A stretch of 30,279 bases of DNA. Source: a virus (lineage: Duplodnaviria; Caudoviricetes). Each line of letters begins with the position of its first letter. The first letter of the stretch is position 1. The stretch spans positions 1-30,279 of the IMG/VR virus record IMGVR_UViG_3300013767_000134; one strand, written 5' to 3'. The position numbers and the translations under genes are program-made. The notes beneath the pieces are model-generated. The model saw nothing but the letters and a program-made list of their open reading frames with translations. It ran no database searches and was not told where the DNA came from. Shown piece by piece: positions 1 to 8,684 of the stretch.

Positions 1-1
1 C

Positions 2-316
2 GTGCTGCCGTCGATCTTCAAGCGCAAGGTGCACATGGCCGAGGTGACGCTCAACCACTTCTTCAAGCGCATAGACTTCGGCGTGCCAGAGTTCTCGCCG
101 CACGGCACGCGCGGCACCGCGGCGACGCTGCTGCGCGAGCATGGCTTCGGGCGTGACGTAGTGGAGCTGCTGCTGGCCCATGCCGAGAAAGACTCGACGG
201 TCGCGGCCTACAGCCACATGGAGCTGGCGCCGGAGCGCAAGCGCGCGCTGCAGTTCCTGGCCGACCAGATCGACAAGCTGGCGGCCGGCGCCGAGGTGAT
301 CGCGCTGAGGGCCTGA
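2..316 (+). CDS. int: Tyrosine integrase, C-terminal fragment (5' end outside window)
   Basis: HGTRGTAATLL (H-x-x-R), LLAH and AAY match the catalytic H-x-x-R/H/Y residues of P4-like tyrosine integrases. Confidence 0.9.
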   Translation: MLPSIFKRKVHMAEVTLNHFFKRIDFGVPEFSPHGTRGTAATLLREHGFGRDVVELLLAHAEKDSTVAAYSHMELAPERKRALQFLADQIDKLAAGAEVIALRA

Positions 317-520
317 TCAGGCTCGCTTGCCGCGCGACTGGAGCCACTCCAGAGCGGCGCAGATCTCGGCGCTCTCATACCACGTATCGATCTCGCGCAT
401 GCAGGCGCGATCGCGGAAGAACGACGGGCCGAAGTAGCGGTGCCATTCCATGAAGACCCGGCCACCGCCGGCCAAGGGAAGGCGAAACACCCGGTGTCCG
501 GTGCGGCAGGAGATGCACAT
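317..520 (-). CDS. Hypothetical phage protein (67 aa)
   Basis: ATG start, tightly packed at the end of the leftward operon, stop abuts the int stop. Confidence 0.65.
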   Translation of the reverse strand: MCISCRTGHRVFRLPLAGGGRVFMEWHRYFGPSFFRDRACMREIDTWYESAEICAALEWLQSRGKRA

Positions 521-523
521 GGT

Positions 524-826
524 CTAGAACGGCAGATCCGAGTCCGGGTCTTCCAGCTGCGCGATGCCCACCTGGCGGCGCTTCTGCACCACCTCGCCGC
601 CCAAGGTGATGTGCGTCGGGATCTCGGCCTCGACGCTGGTTGCCACGGCCTCGAACACAACGAACTTGCGGCCGGGCAGTTCGCGCGCAAGGCGCAGCGC
701 TTCCTGCTCCGCGATGATGCGGCTCGGCTGCAGCATGGTGGGGCGCCGGTCGGAAGGGATCATGCGCGCGCCGTGGCGCGGCTGCCAGTCTGGCGCGTCG
801 CTCAGCTCGATGACGACGAAGCTCAT
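524..826 (-). CDS. Hypothetical phage protein (100 aa)
   Basis: ATG preceded by GGGAG; protein-like composition; 2-3 nt spacing to neighbours. Confidence 0.7.
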   Translation of the reverse strand: MSFVVIELSDAPDWQPRHGARMIPSDRRPTMLQPSRIIAEQEALRLARELPGRKFVVFEAVATSVEAEIPTHITLGGEVVQKRRQVGIAQLEDPDSDLPF

Positions 827-828
827 GC

Positions 829-1095
829 CTACTCCCGCTTTGCTTTGGTGATTCGGCCCAGCTGGCTCATGGTTACTTCGACTGCGCCAGCGGCAACAGC
901 CAGTGCGCGCTTGCTGGTTGCGATGTCGAAATGCTCATGATGGGTACCGGCCTTCTGCAACCATTTGCGCGCCACGCCGATCCGGTCTGCCATTGCCAGC
1001 AGCTCCTCGGTGGTGTCGGCCACCATGTGGCACATCTTCATGCGCCCGAAGTTCCCCATCGGGGTGGTGTGCATGTCGTCAACGTAGACCGTCAT
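829..1095 (-). CDS. DUF4031-family protein
   Basis: MTVYVDD...CHMVADTTEELLAMADRIGV...EHFDI pattern; start reassigned to ATG at 1095 (ATGA overlap with upstream stop). Confidence 0.85.
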   Translation of the reverse strand: MTVYVDDMHTTPMGNFGRMKMCHMVADTTEELLAMADRIGVARKWLQKAGTHHEHFDIATSKRALAVAAGAVEVTMSQLGRITKAKRE

Positions 1096-1673
1096 GGTGG
1101 GACTCGCTTGAACTCGACCACCCACACCCATGGATTGGCGGCCAAGGAATCGGGGCCGTTGAGCTGGGTCCACAGGTCGGCGAACCACTGGCGAGGATCG
1201 TCGCCGCCGGCCATGTTGGGGAACGGGCATCCCTCGGCCATGGAATCGCCGCGGCTGATCGTCTGCAGGCGCTCGACGCGCACGCCAGTGATGGTCAGGC
1301 TGATCCGGCTGGCGGCGCGCGGCATGTGGATGCTGGGCTTCCACGGGCCGCCGTAGTCGGTCCTGCTGTCAGCCTCGCGGTAGACGAAGAAATCGGCCTC
1401 GGTGGCGTCCTGCGCCACCTTCGTGCGCGCCCAGGCCTCGCGCACCCAAAGCCGGTCGCCGGCCCGGCCGTGGGGACAGGAAAGCTCATCAATGCTGCAC
1501 CAGCCCGGGCCGGCCACATCGTGCAGGTCGCCGGTCTCCTCGCCCCGAAGCGCGCCGCTGCAATACCAGGCCATGCCCTTGGGCATCTTGAAGATGCGGC
1601 GTGTCTGGGTCTTCTGGCCGGCCAGGATGGCGCGCACCATCGGCGCGCTGAAGATGATCGGGCGCTCTTTCAT
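1092..1673 (-). CDS. Conserved phage protein, ASCH/PUA-like
   Basis: MKERPIIFSAPMVRAILAGQKTQTRR...GDRLWVRE...WKPSIHMPRAASRI...NPWVWVVEF, a widespread prophage family; start reassigned to 1673. Confidence 0.85.
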   Translation of the reverse strand: MKERPIIFSAPMVRAILAGQKTQTRRIFKMPKGMAWYCSGALRGEETGDLHDVAGPGWCSIDELSCPHGRAGDRLWVREAWARTKVAQDATEADFFVYREADSRTDYGGPWKPSIHMPRAASRISLTITGVRVERLQTISRGDSMAEGCPFPNMAGGDDPRQWFADLWTQLNGPDSLAANPWVWVVEFKRVPP

Positions 1674-1903
1674 GCCGCCACCTCTTCGCCCGAGTGCGCG
1701 ACCTGCAGCACCACCTCGATCGGCCACGCGCGGGTCTTCGTGCCAAGCAGGATGCCTTGCGGCACCTTGCCCTGCTCGACCCACTTCAGCCAGGTGCGCG
1801 GCACGATGGGCAGCAGCCCGGGCGTGCCGGTCTTACTGTTCCGGCAGATCTGCGAGACGCGCAGCAGCGCGCCGGCCGGGTACTTGATCAGTTCGGTGTT
1901 CAT
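1670..1903 (-). CDS. AlpA-like HTH protein, probable excisionase/RDF
   Basis: LLRVSQIC...GLLPIVPRTWLKWVEQGKVPQGILLGTKTRAW is AlpA-like; ATGA overlaps at both ends. Confidence 0.75.
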   Translation of the reverse strand: MNTELIKYPAGALLRVSQICRNSKTGTPGLLPIVPRTWLKWVEQGKVPQGILLGTKTRAWPIEVVLQVAHSGEEVAA

Positions 1904-3876
1904 GTCGATGCTCCTTGGGCCACGCTGAGCCCAACCACCACCGGCCGCACCCAGACAGGTGCAGCCGACAGTGCGAAGGTCTCGCCGCTCCAGGCGAGCA
2001 ACAGCGTGCGGCCCATCTCGCTGGCGATGGCCTGCGCCGCATCGCTGGGCACAGCGTTGCCGATGCGCTCGCGCCAGGCCTGGTCGCTGAGACCGTCCAG
2101 CTCGAGCTGCTCTTCCGGATCGACCAGCGACTGCAGCGCGGCCAGCTCCAGCGTCGTGAAGGGCCGGTGCCACGTGCCGTCCTCGGCGCGGATCACGGCC
2201 ACCAGGTTGTCGGTCGCCTGGGGCATGTTGATTTTTTCGACCTCCGATGTAGGCGGGAACTTGCCAAATTGCGCAAATTCGCAAACTCGGGTGTCCGCCA
2301 CCGACCAGCGGCCGTTGTCATGGCACGCCGCTGCGCTGACGGCACCGGCCGGGCTGTCGAACGGCACGACACCGTAGTGCCCGCCGGTCAGGTAAGCGGC
2401 GCGGTCGGCCTCCATGCCGGTGCGAGGGTCGGCCACCGCGAAGGCGCCGTTGGCATTGCCGGCGATCACCGCGCGGCTCGGCTCGTCCCAACCCGTCACG
2501 CGATACTTGCCATGCAGCTGCGACGCTTCGGGGCCGCCGCGCGGATCCGCAACGCAGCCAGCTCCGCCTGACGGATGCGTGCCGCCAGTGATCGTGCGGG
2601 TGTGCTCATCCCACGACGTGACTCGCAAGACGTTGTGATGCGTCGAGTCACCGAAGCCGGGACGGGGGTCTGCCACTCCCTGGCCGCCGGCGCTTGGCCC
2701 GGTGCCGCCTGTCACAGTTCCAGCGTGCTGATCGAAGCGCACGATGCGGAAGCAGTTGTTGTGCTTCACGCTCGGGCAGCGCGGGTCCGCGACGGCATAG
2801 CGGCCTTGGCCTGGGTTCTGCTGCCCGGCGATCGCGCCGGTGCTGTCGTCCCAGCGATGCACGCCATAGGCCTGGCCGTCGTGCCATGCCTTGGACTGCT
2901 CGAAGCGAGGATCGGCGACGCTGAATGCACCGTTCGATGGCATGCTGCGGCCGGCGACGGTACCGACAGACTTGTCCCATTCGCGCACGCCCAGGAAGCC
3001 GTGGTGATAGGTCGGCACGATCAGGTAGTCGCGCAGATTGCCGTCCTCGATCGCCAGCCGGTTCAGGCTGCGCCAGTCGCTGCCTGCTTCGACGAACGCC
3101 AGCCGCACCCAGGTCTTCCACTGCAGCGACGGCACGCGGTGCATGGGCCCGGCGCGCAGGTCGCCCGGCAGCAGCATGCGGCCGAGCACGTCGCCGACGG
3201 CGCGCAACTGCTTCTTCTCGGGTTCGTACAGCAGCGGCGGCACCTTGGCCAGGTGGCGGGCCACCAGCAGGAAGCGCTTGCGGCTCTGGGCCAGGCCGCC
3301 CAGCTCGCCGCAGTCGTGCGTCGTCTCGGCCGTGGCGTAGCCGTAGCTGCGCAGCATTGCCGTGATCTGGTCCAGCAGCTTGCGGCCGCGCGTGGCCAGG
3401 CGTGGCACGTTCTCGAAGAGCACCAGCTCGGGCGGATCGTCGGCCCAGGCCTCCAGCATCAGCCAGACGCCGCGCAGCGTCAGGCGGTTCAAGGCCTGGT
3501 ACTTGGCGGTCTTGCTCTTCGTTTCCGACAGCAGGCCGCTGAAGCCCTTGCAGGGCGCCGACAGGAACACGATGTGCGGCCGCTCGCCGCCGGCTGCGCG
3601 CTGGATGTCGGCGGGCGTGGCCTCGCGCCACTCAGCGCCCGGCTCTTCGCCGTGGAAGGCCCGGTACTGCTCGCGATCGAACATGTCCAGCACGGTGCCC
3701 GGCACATCGGCCAGGCGCTGAAAGTCGCGCATGGCGGCCGGGTCCACGTCGATGCCGCCGATGCAGCGGAACTTCGCCTGCAGGTTGCCCACCCGGGCCT
3801 CGCCGCGGTTGAAGCCGCGCGCTCCCCCGCCAAGGCCGGCGAAGAGGTGGAAGTGGCGGATCTCGACGGGCGTCAT
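1900..3876 (-). CDS. DNA (cytosine-5) methyltransferase with expanded repetitive variable region
   Basis: Motif I HLFAGLGG, catalytic PC (SAPCKGFS), ENV (FENVP), QSRKR, motif X IGNAVP; start reassigned to 3876. Confidence 0.92.
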   Translation of the reverse strand: MTPVEIRHFHLFAGLGGGARGFNRGEARVGNLQAKFRCIGGIDVDPAAMRDFQRLADVPGTVLDMFDREQYRAFHGEEPGAEWREATPADIQRAAGGERPHIVFLSAPCKGFSGLLSETKSKTAKYQALNRLTLRGVWLMLEAWADDPPELVLFENVPRLATRGRKLLDQITAMLRSYGYATAETTHDCGELGGLAQSRKRFLLVARHLAKVPPLLYEPEKKQLRAVGDVLGRMLLPGDLRAGPMHRVPSLQWKTWVRLAFVEAGSDWRSLNRLAIEDGNLRDYLIVPTYHHGFLGVREWDKSVGTVAGRSMPSNGAFSVADPRFEQSKAWHDGQAYGVHRWDDSTGAIAGQQNPGQGRYAVADPRCPSVKHNNCFRIVRFDQHAGTVTGGTGPSAGGQGVADPRPGFGDSTHHNVLRVTSWDEHTRTITGGTHPSGGAGCVADPRGGPEASQLHGKYRVTGWDEPSRAVIAGNANGAFAVADPRTGMEADRAAYLTGGHYGVVPFDSPAGAVSAAACHDNGRWSVADTRVCEFAQFGKFPPTSEVEKINMPQATDNLVAVIRAEDGTWHRPFTTLELAALQSLVDPEEQLELDGLSDQAWRERIGNAVPSDAAQAIASEMGRTLLLAWSGETFALSAAPVWVRPVVVGLSVAQGAST

Positions 3877-4307
3877 GCAAGACCCCGCGTGCTGTTGCCG
3901 ACGATCTCGCCGGTGTTGGGTCGAACCTGCACGCAGCGGTCGTCGTACAGCTCGACCATCGCGTAGTCCTTCACACAAGTAACCGTTAGGACCTGGCCGA
4001 GGTGCTCGCGGCACCAGGCGCGGATCGCTTCTATAGCGGCGGCAGCTTCAAGCAGACGCCCGGCGCCGGCATCCTCGAGGCTGATCCTGTCGGCCGGGCG
4101 CATCGGCGTCGTGATCGGGAAGCAGCGCGCCGTGAAGATGCGCACCTCACGGCCCTCTGCCAGCCAGCGCTTGACGCGCTCGACCATAGGTGCGATCGGC
4201 TGGCCGCAGTGCGTGGGCGAAACCCAGGTGCCATAGTTGGCCAGCGTCCCGTCGAAGTCCACTCCGATCCAGCCGCGCGGCGCGTTGTCGTGTTGGTGCG
4301 TCGTCAT
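3873..4307 (-). CDS. HAD-superfamily phosphatase-like protein
   Basis: WIGVDFDGTLA (DxDGT), IFTAR, K and LYDD motifs; start reassigned to 4307. Confidence 0.8.
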   Translation of the reverse strand: MTTHQHDNAPRGWIGVDFDGTLANYGTWVSPTHCGQPIAPMVERVKRWLAEGREVRIFTARCFPITTPMRPADRISLEDAGAGRLLEAAAAIEAIRAWCREHLGQVLTVTCVKDYAMVELYDDRCVQVRPNTGEIVGNSTRGLA

Positions 4308-4933
4308 GCTGCGACCGCCTCCCGCACGCCGTCGGCGATCGCGAAGAACACCGCCATGCAGGCCTGCACGTCGACCATGGCGCGGTGGGCGCCCTCCAGC
4401 TCGCGGCCGGTGAAGAAGCGGTAGGCCTCGCCGAGGTTCGGCGTCTTGGGTTTCGTAAAGCCCGCGCGCAGCATCTTCTCCGTGGGCGGCAGCTTCAGGA
4501 TGGACGTGGAAAGCTGCGCCGTGCACTGCGCCGGGCCGGCCTTCCAACGGTCGGCCAGCACCTGGCTCTCGTAGCGCATCAGCGCGATGCGCAGGATTCT
4601 GGCGTCGAATGGCTCGTTATGCGCGACGCGCTCGGTCTGCTCGGGGCGCCAGTCGGCCCACAGCTCCATTAGCAGGCCGACTGCCATCGACTCGCTGACG
4701 CCCAGGTCCATCGCCATCTCGGTGGTGATGCCGTGGATGGCGGAGACATCATCGGGGATCGTCCAGCCTTCCGGGCGCACGATCAGGTCCAGGCTGGCCA
4801 GCGTGGCGCGCGTGTCGAGATCGACGAGGCAGGTGCCGAGTTGCACGAGGTGCGGCTGATGGGGCGCCTCGCTGGGCGCTTTGAAGTCCGGCAGGCCGGT
4901 AGTCTCGGTATCGTAAAAAAGGGCGGTTCTCAT
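4304..4933 (-). CDS. 3'-5' exonuclease, DEDDh/DnaQ-like
   Basis: YDTETTG (ExoI), AHNEPFD (ExoII), AHRAMVD (ExoIII); start reassigned to 4933 with GAGG RBS. Confidence 0.9.
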   Translation of the reverse strand: MRTALFYDTETTGLPDFKAPSEAPHQPHLVQLGTCLVDLDTRATLASLDLIVRPEGWTIPDDVSAIHGITTEMAMDLGVSESMAVGLLMELWADWRPEQTERVAHNEPFDARILRIALMRYESQVLADRWKAGPAQCTAQLSTSILKLPPTEKMLRAGFTKPKTPNLGEAYRFFTGRELEGAHRAMVDVQACMAVFFAIADGVREAVAA

Positions 4934-4958
4934 GGTGTCCTCGTGGGTCGTTGTTGAT

Positions 4959-5456
4959 TCAGCGCTGGCGGCGCAGCCAGGCGACAGCCCAGTCCCGCGC
5001 GGCCTTGCATTGCTCGATGTCGAAGAGGCCGAAGTGGCACTGCTCGACGGTGATGCCAAAGTGCTTGCTGAGCAGGGCGTAGGCGGCGCTGCGCTCGATG
5101 CGGCCGCTCTGCCAGAGCTGCTCGAAGGGCTGCTTGCAGGTCTTGCGGGCGTCGCGCAGCGCGCGGTCTGCCAGCGTTCCCAGCGGGATGTTGGTGAACG
5201 GATGCATGCCCACCGTCGCGTCGCAGCGGCGGCAGCGATACATCCAGGGCCAGTCGCTGTATTCGCGGCCGTAGACCTCGGTGTGGTGCGCGATCTCGAC
5301 CGCGTCGCCGCAGTCATGGGTGATCGGTACCGGCATCGGGTCTGGAACGCGCGCGGTGGCCTTGGCAGATGGGTGCCATGGGGATTTGCCGTGGTCCGGC
5401 ACCAGGCCGCGGTAGCGCTCTGGCGCCGGGGCGAGCTGATGTGGCTGCGCGGTCAT
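4959..5456 (-). CDS. DUF3268-like zinc-finger protein
   Basis: CRRCDATVGMHP..PLGTLAD...AY..L...CHFGLFD pattern. Confidence 0.75.
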   Translation of the reverse strand: MTAQPHQLAPAPERYRGLVPDHGKSPWHPSAKATARVPDPMPVPITHDCGDAVEIAHHTEVYGREYSDWPWMYRCRRCDATVGMHPFTNIPLGTLADRALRDARKTCKQPFEQLWQSGRIERSAAYALLSKHFGITVEQCHFGLFDIEQCKAARDWAVAWLRRQR

Positions 5457-6085
5457 CAGGTGTCTGCACTGACTTCAGCCAGCGCCGCCAGAACCTTGTC
5501 GCCCCAGGCGCTGTTGCCGGGCTGCGGTCCTTCGATGTCGACCAGTTCGCGCAGCAGGGCGATCAGCTTCGAGCGCTCCACGCGGGCATCGATCTGGTCG
5601 GCGACGAGGTAGGTCAGCCCGCCCGAGGCGTTCGCCTCCAGGACCTCGATGGGGATTCCGCGGCAGGCGTTCACGCATGCGACGGCGCGGCGGATATTTC
5701 GCGGCACCATCGACTCGGCGATGAGATGACCGCCGTAGTAGTCGATCGCATCGGAGCCGTTCATCTCCGGCACGGCCTCGTCGGCGACGATGGAACCTTT
5801 GCCACCTGTGCCAGCACCGGCGCGCCACGGTTCGGCGGTGTGTTTGATGGCAACCGGTGGATAGCCAAGCTCAGTCAGCGCGGTCATCACTTGCGCCTCG
5901 GAAGCGCCGCCTCTGGCGAGATAGGCGCCGTAGTCCTGGCGGCCGACTCCCGTCCAGAGAGCCCAGCCGGTTCCCTTGCAGTGAGGGCAGATAGACCGGT
6001 CGTAGTGGCTGGGGTCGTCACAGCGATCGCCGTTGCAGCATTCGGCGCAGCGCTTGTCGTTGTCCCAGGTCCGGAGTGTCTTCAT
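5456..6085 (-). CDS. Mosaic hypothetical phage protein with Cys-rich N-terminus
   Basis: CAECCNGDRC..CPHCKGTG followed by a KHTAEPW...NIRRAVACVNAC module; coupled to both neighbours. Confidence 0.7.
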   Translation of the reverse strand: MKTLRTWDNDKRCAECCNGDRCDDPSHYDRSICPHCKGTGWALWTGVGRQDYGAYLARGGASEAQVMTALTELGYPPVAIKHTAEPWRAGAGTGGKGSIVADEAVPEMNGSDAIDYYGGHLIAESMVPRNIRRAVACVNACRGIPIEVLEANASGGLTYLVADQIDARVERSKLIALLRELVDIEGPQPGNSAWGDKVLAALAEVSADT

Positions 6086-7878
6086 GCCGCCTCCCGAAGC
6101 AGGCCCAGCACGCCGTTCTCGATCCAGTGCGCAGCAATGGTCTCCGGCAGTCCGGACGGTGCCGCCTTCAGCGTGCCGAAGATCAGCGCGCTATCGATCT
6201 CGCCGTCGGAGGCCAGAATGTCGAGCCACGCGATCAGGTCGCCGCGGCCCTGCACGTCGAGCACGTCAAAGCGATCAAGCACCAGCAGCTTCGTGCCCGA
6301 TAGGTGCGCAATTGCCTCAGCCAGCATGGCGTCGCAGCGCCACTTCTCGGACTCGCTCAGCAGGCCGTAGGCCCGCGCGCTGTCACCGACGTTGATCGTC
6401 ATGTCGGCATCGACGCCGACGCGTGGCCACTCGGCATCCAGCGCGGACTTGGCCAAGCGATCGTTGATCGGGTCGAGAGCCTCGCCGAGCATCTCGGCCG
6501 GGACGCCGTTGGGTGACAGCGCGTCGCCAATCGCGTCCCAGGCGGCCACGTCGGCGGCGTGCTTGCTGGCCTCCTCGGTCTTGCGCTCTGCGCCCTCGGC
6601 CAGCAGCTTCAGCGCCTTCAGCGCGTCGGCCTGCTTCACGAGTTGCTCGCGTTTGGCCTTCAGGTCAGCGACCTTGGTGCGGGCTTCGTCCAGGCTGGCG
6701 ACGTCAAAAGTCTCGGCGAGCTCGGCGCGGATGGCTTCCGCCTCGTCGCGCGCCTGCAGTGCGGCGGCCTGGTCGCGCTGGCCGTTGGCGACCGAGCGAT
6801 CCATCAGGTCGCGGCTGTTGCGCAGGCCCGGCAGGCGGGCAGCGGCTTCCTGGTCGTGCTCTGGCTCGCTGCGCTGCACCTTGCCATGCTCGCGCTCGTA
6901 GGCGGCGAGAGCGGCCAGGATGCGCCGGTCCTGTGGATCGTCGCCGAGCGAGTCGCCGTGCAGCAGCAGGTTGTCCACCGCCCAGGCCAGTTCGTGCAGG
7001 AGCCCCGTGCGCGGCGCCTTGCCGGCGGCGACGGCGGTCTCGTGGACAGCCTTCTCGGCGTCGGCCAGGCCCTTCTTGTCGGCCTCCAGCTTGGTCTCGA
7101 TGCGCTCCAGCCGGCCGGCGTGCTCGTCCAGCGCCGGCCGCTTGGCCTGCAACTGCGCGCGGCGCGCTTGCTCGGCCTGCAGCTTGCCGACCTGCTGCTG
7201 CCACTGCTCAAGCGCGGCGTCGCAGTGCTGCAGCTGGGTGGTCAGCTCCTTCCCACGGGCGGCGTCGTAGGCCGGCGCAGCCGCGCGCCAGGTCTTGACC
7301 TTCTCGCTGCCGAAAGCCTCGCCGGTCAGCGCCCGCCATGCGCCCTTGGCCTGGGTCGCCTTCTCCTTCGCCTCCTTGCTGGCAGCGTCGAAGCCGGCGC
7401 GCAGCAGCGGGATGACGCGCTCGACACGCGCCTTGTCGCAGCCCTTGGCCAGCAGGCGCTCGCGCACGGCGTCGCTGCCGGCTGACAGGCCCATCAAGTC
7501 GAACAGGAAGGCGCGGCGCTCCTTCGGCTCCAGCCGGGCGAAGCGCTGGCCGTCCAGCGCGAAGCGCAGCGCAGGAGATTCCAGGCCGCCGGCCTTGTCG
7601 GTGACCTTGCCGGCGGCCGTGATGCTGACGAACAGCTCGCGACCGTCCACCGTCAGAGCGATGGCGGCCACGTCGGCGCCGTCGGTGACCAACTGGCCGG
7701 CTTCCTTCTTCAGGCTCACGCGGCCGAGGTCGGCGGTGAGCGCCAGCGCGATCGCGTCGCGCAGACTGCTCTTTCCGGCGCCGTTTGCACCCGCGAACAG
7801 GTTGATGCGCTTGGCCAGAGGCACGTCGACGGCGCGGGCGCCGAGGAAGTTGCTGGCGTGGATGTGAGTGATCTTCAT
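6082..7878 (-). CDS. Rad50/SbcC-like split ABC ATPase with coiled coil
   Basis: N-terminal NFLG and Walker A GANGAGKS, long helical middle, C-terminal LSESE and LLVLDRFDVLD. Confidence 0.85.
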   Translation of the reverse strand: MKITHIHASNFLGARAVDVPLAKRINLFAGANGAGKSSLRDAIALALTADLGRVSLKKEAGQLVTDGADVAAIALTVDGRELFVSITAAGKVTDKAGGLESPALRFALDGQRFARLEPKERRAFLFDLMGLSAGSDAVRERLLAKGCDKARVERVIPLLRAGFDAASKEAKEKATQAKGAWRALTGEAFGSEKVKTWRAAAPAYDAARGKELTTQLQHCDAALEQWQQQVGKLQAEQARRAQLQAKRPALDEHAGRLERIETKLEADKKGLADAEKAVHETAVAAGKAPRTGLLHELAWAVDNLLLHGDSLGDDPQDRRILAALAAYEREHGKVQRSEPEHDQEAAARLPGLRNSRDLMDRSVANGQRDQAAALQARDEAEAIRAELAETFDVASLDEARTKVADLKAKREQLVKQADALKALKLLAEGAERKTEEASKHAADVAAWDAIGDALSPNGVPAEMLGEALDPINDRLAKSALDAEWPRVGVDADMTINVGDSARAYGLLSESEKWRCDAMLAEAIAHLSGTKLLVLDRFDVLDVQGRGDLIAWLDILASDGEIDSALIFGTLKAAPSGLPETIAAHWIENGVLGLLREAA

Positions 7879-8558
7879 GCCGTGGCTCCTTCGAGGATTT
7901 CGCGATTGCCGTCGGCGGCCATGGCGCTGACCAGGCCGGACTTCTCCATGGCCTCCAGCAGCCGGGCGGCGCGGTTGTAGCCAATGCGCAGATGACGCTG
8001 GATCAGCGAGATCGAGGCGCGGCGGTGTTCGAGAACGACGGCCACGGCCTGGTCGAACATCGGGTCGGCTTCGCTGCCGTAGGTGATCTGCGTGTCACCA
8101 GGCAGGGCGGGCGCGGCGGCCTTGCCGAAGTCCAGCTCTTCGCTGCTCGGCTCAAGTGCAAGCGCGAAGGCGTCCTGCAGGTACTCGGCGAACTGGCCGA
8201 CCTCGTCGCCGCTGGGCTTGAACGAGACCGAGAAGCCGAGCAGCACCTTGAAACCGTCCTTGGGCGTGATCGTGAACTTCTTGACCTTCACGCCGGTGAA
8301 CTCGCTGCCCACGCACAGCAGGCGGTAGTCCTCCAGCTCATGGCTGAAAGTCAGCGGTCCTAGCATCAGGTTGCGCACGGCGCCGGTGCTGAGCCACAGG
8401 AGCGCTGCCAGCTGGTCATCGAAGTAGCCGACGATGCCGGAGTCGGTGTCGGCCTGGAACTTCAGGTCGACGGCCAGCTCCTTGTCGTCGTCCGGACCTT
8501 CCTTGCGCGTGTTGAGGTGCAGGATCGACGCCTGGCCCCGGAAGCGGAATTTGCTCAT
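7875..8558 (-). CDS. Phage protein with C-terminal FtsK gamma (winged-helix) domain
   Basis: DPMFDQAV..V...RRASISLIQRHLRIGYNRAARLLEAMEKSGLVS...GNREIL; no motor domain. Confidence 0.88.
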   Translation of the reverse strand: MSKFRFRGQASILHLNTRKEGPDDDKELAVDLKFQADTDSGIVGYFDDQLAALLWLSTGAVRNLMLGPLTFSHELEDYRLLCVGSEFTGVKVKKFTITPKDGFKVLLGFSVSFKPSGDEVGQFAEYLQDAFALALEPSSEELDFGKAAAPALPGDTQITYGSEADPMFDQAVAVVLEHRRASISLIQRHLRIGYNRAARLLEAMEKSGLVSAMAADGNREILEGATA

Positions 8559-8589
8559 GGTGGTGTCCTGTGGTTCAGTGGAAGAAGAG

Positions 8590-8674
8590 CCGGGCGCGCC
8601 TCGCGGCGGCGATCAGGGAATGAATGCGTGGCCAGGGAGGAAGGCCGAATGTCCTGATCGCTGATGTCGCCCGG
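8590..8674 (-). ncRNA. Putative structured RNA (three-way junction, GNRA hairpin, anti-SD loop)
   Basis: Nested perfect stems of 7, 9, 4 and 4 bp fill most of the longest intergenic gap in the early operon. Confidence 0.55.
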
Positions 8675-8684
8675 GGAAACTGGG

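Noticed and set aside
1-316. att site or tRNA target
   Set aside because: int points into the prophage, so the att site would lie upstream, outside the window; no tRNA seen
7875-8558. Host ftsK gene
   Set aside because: Only the gamma domain is present; no membrane or motor domains
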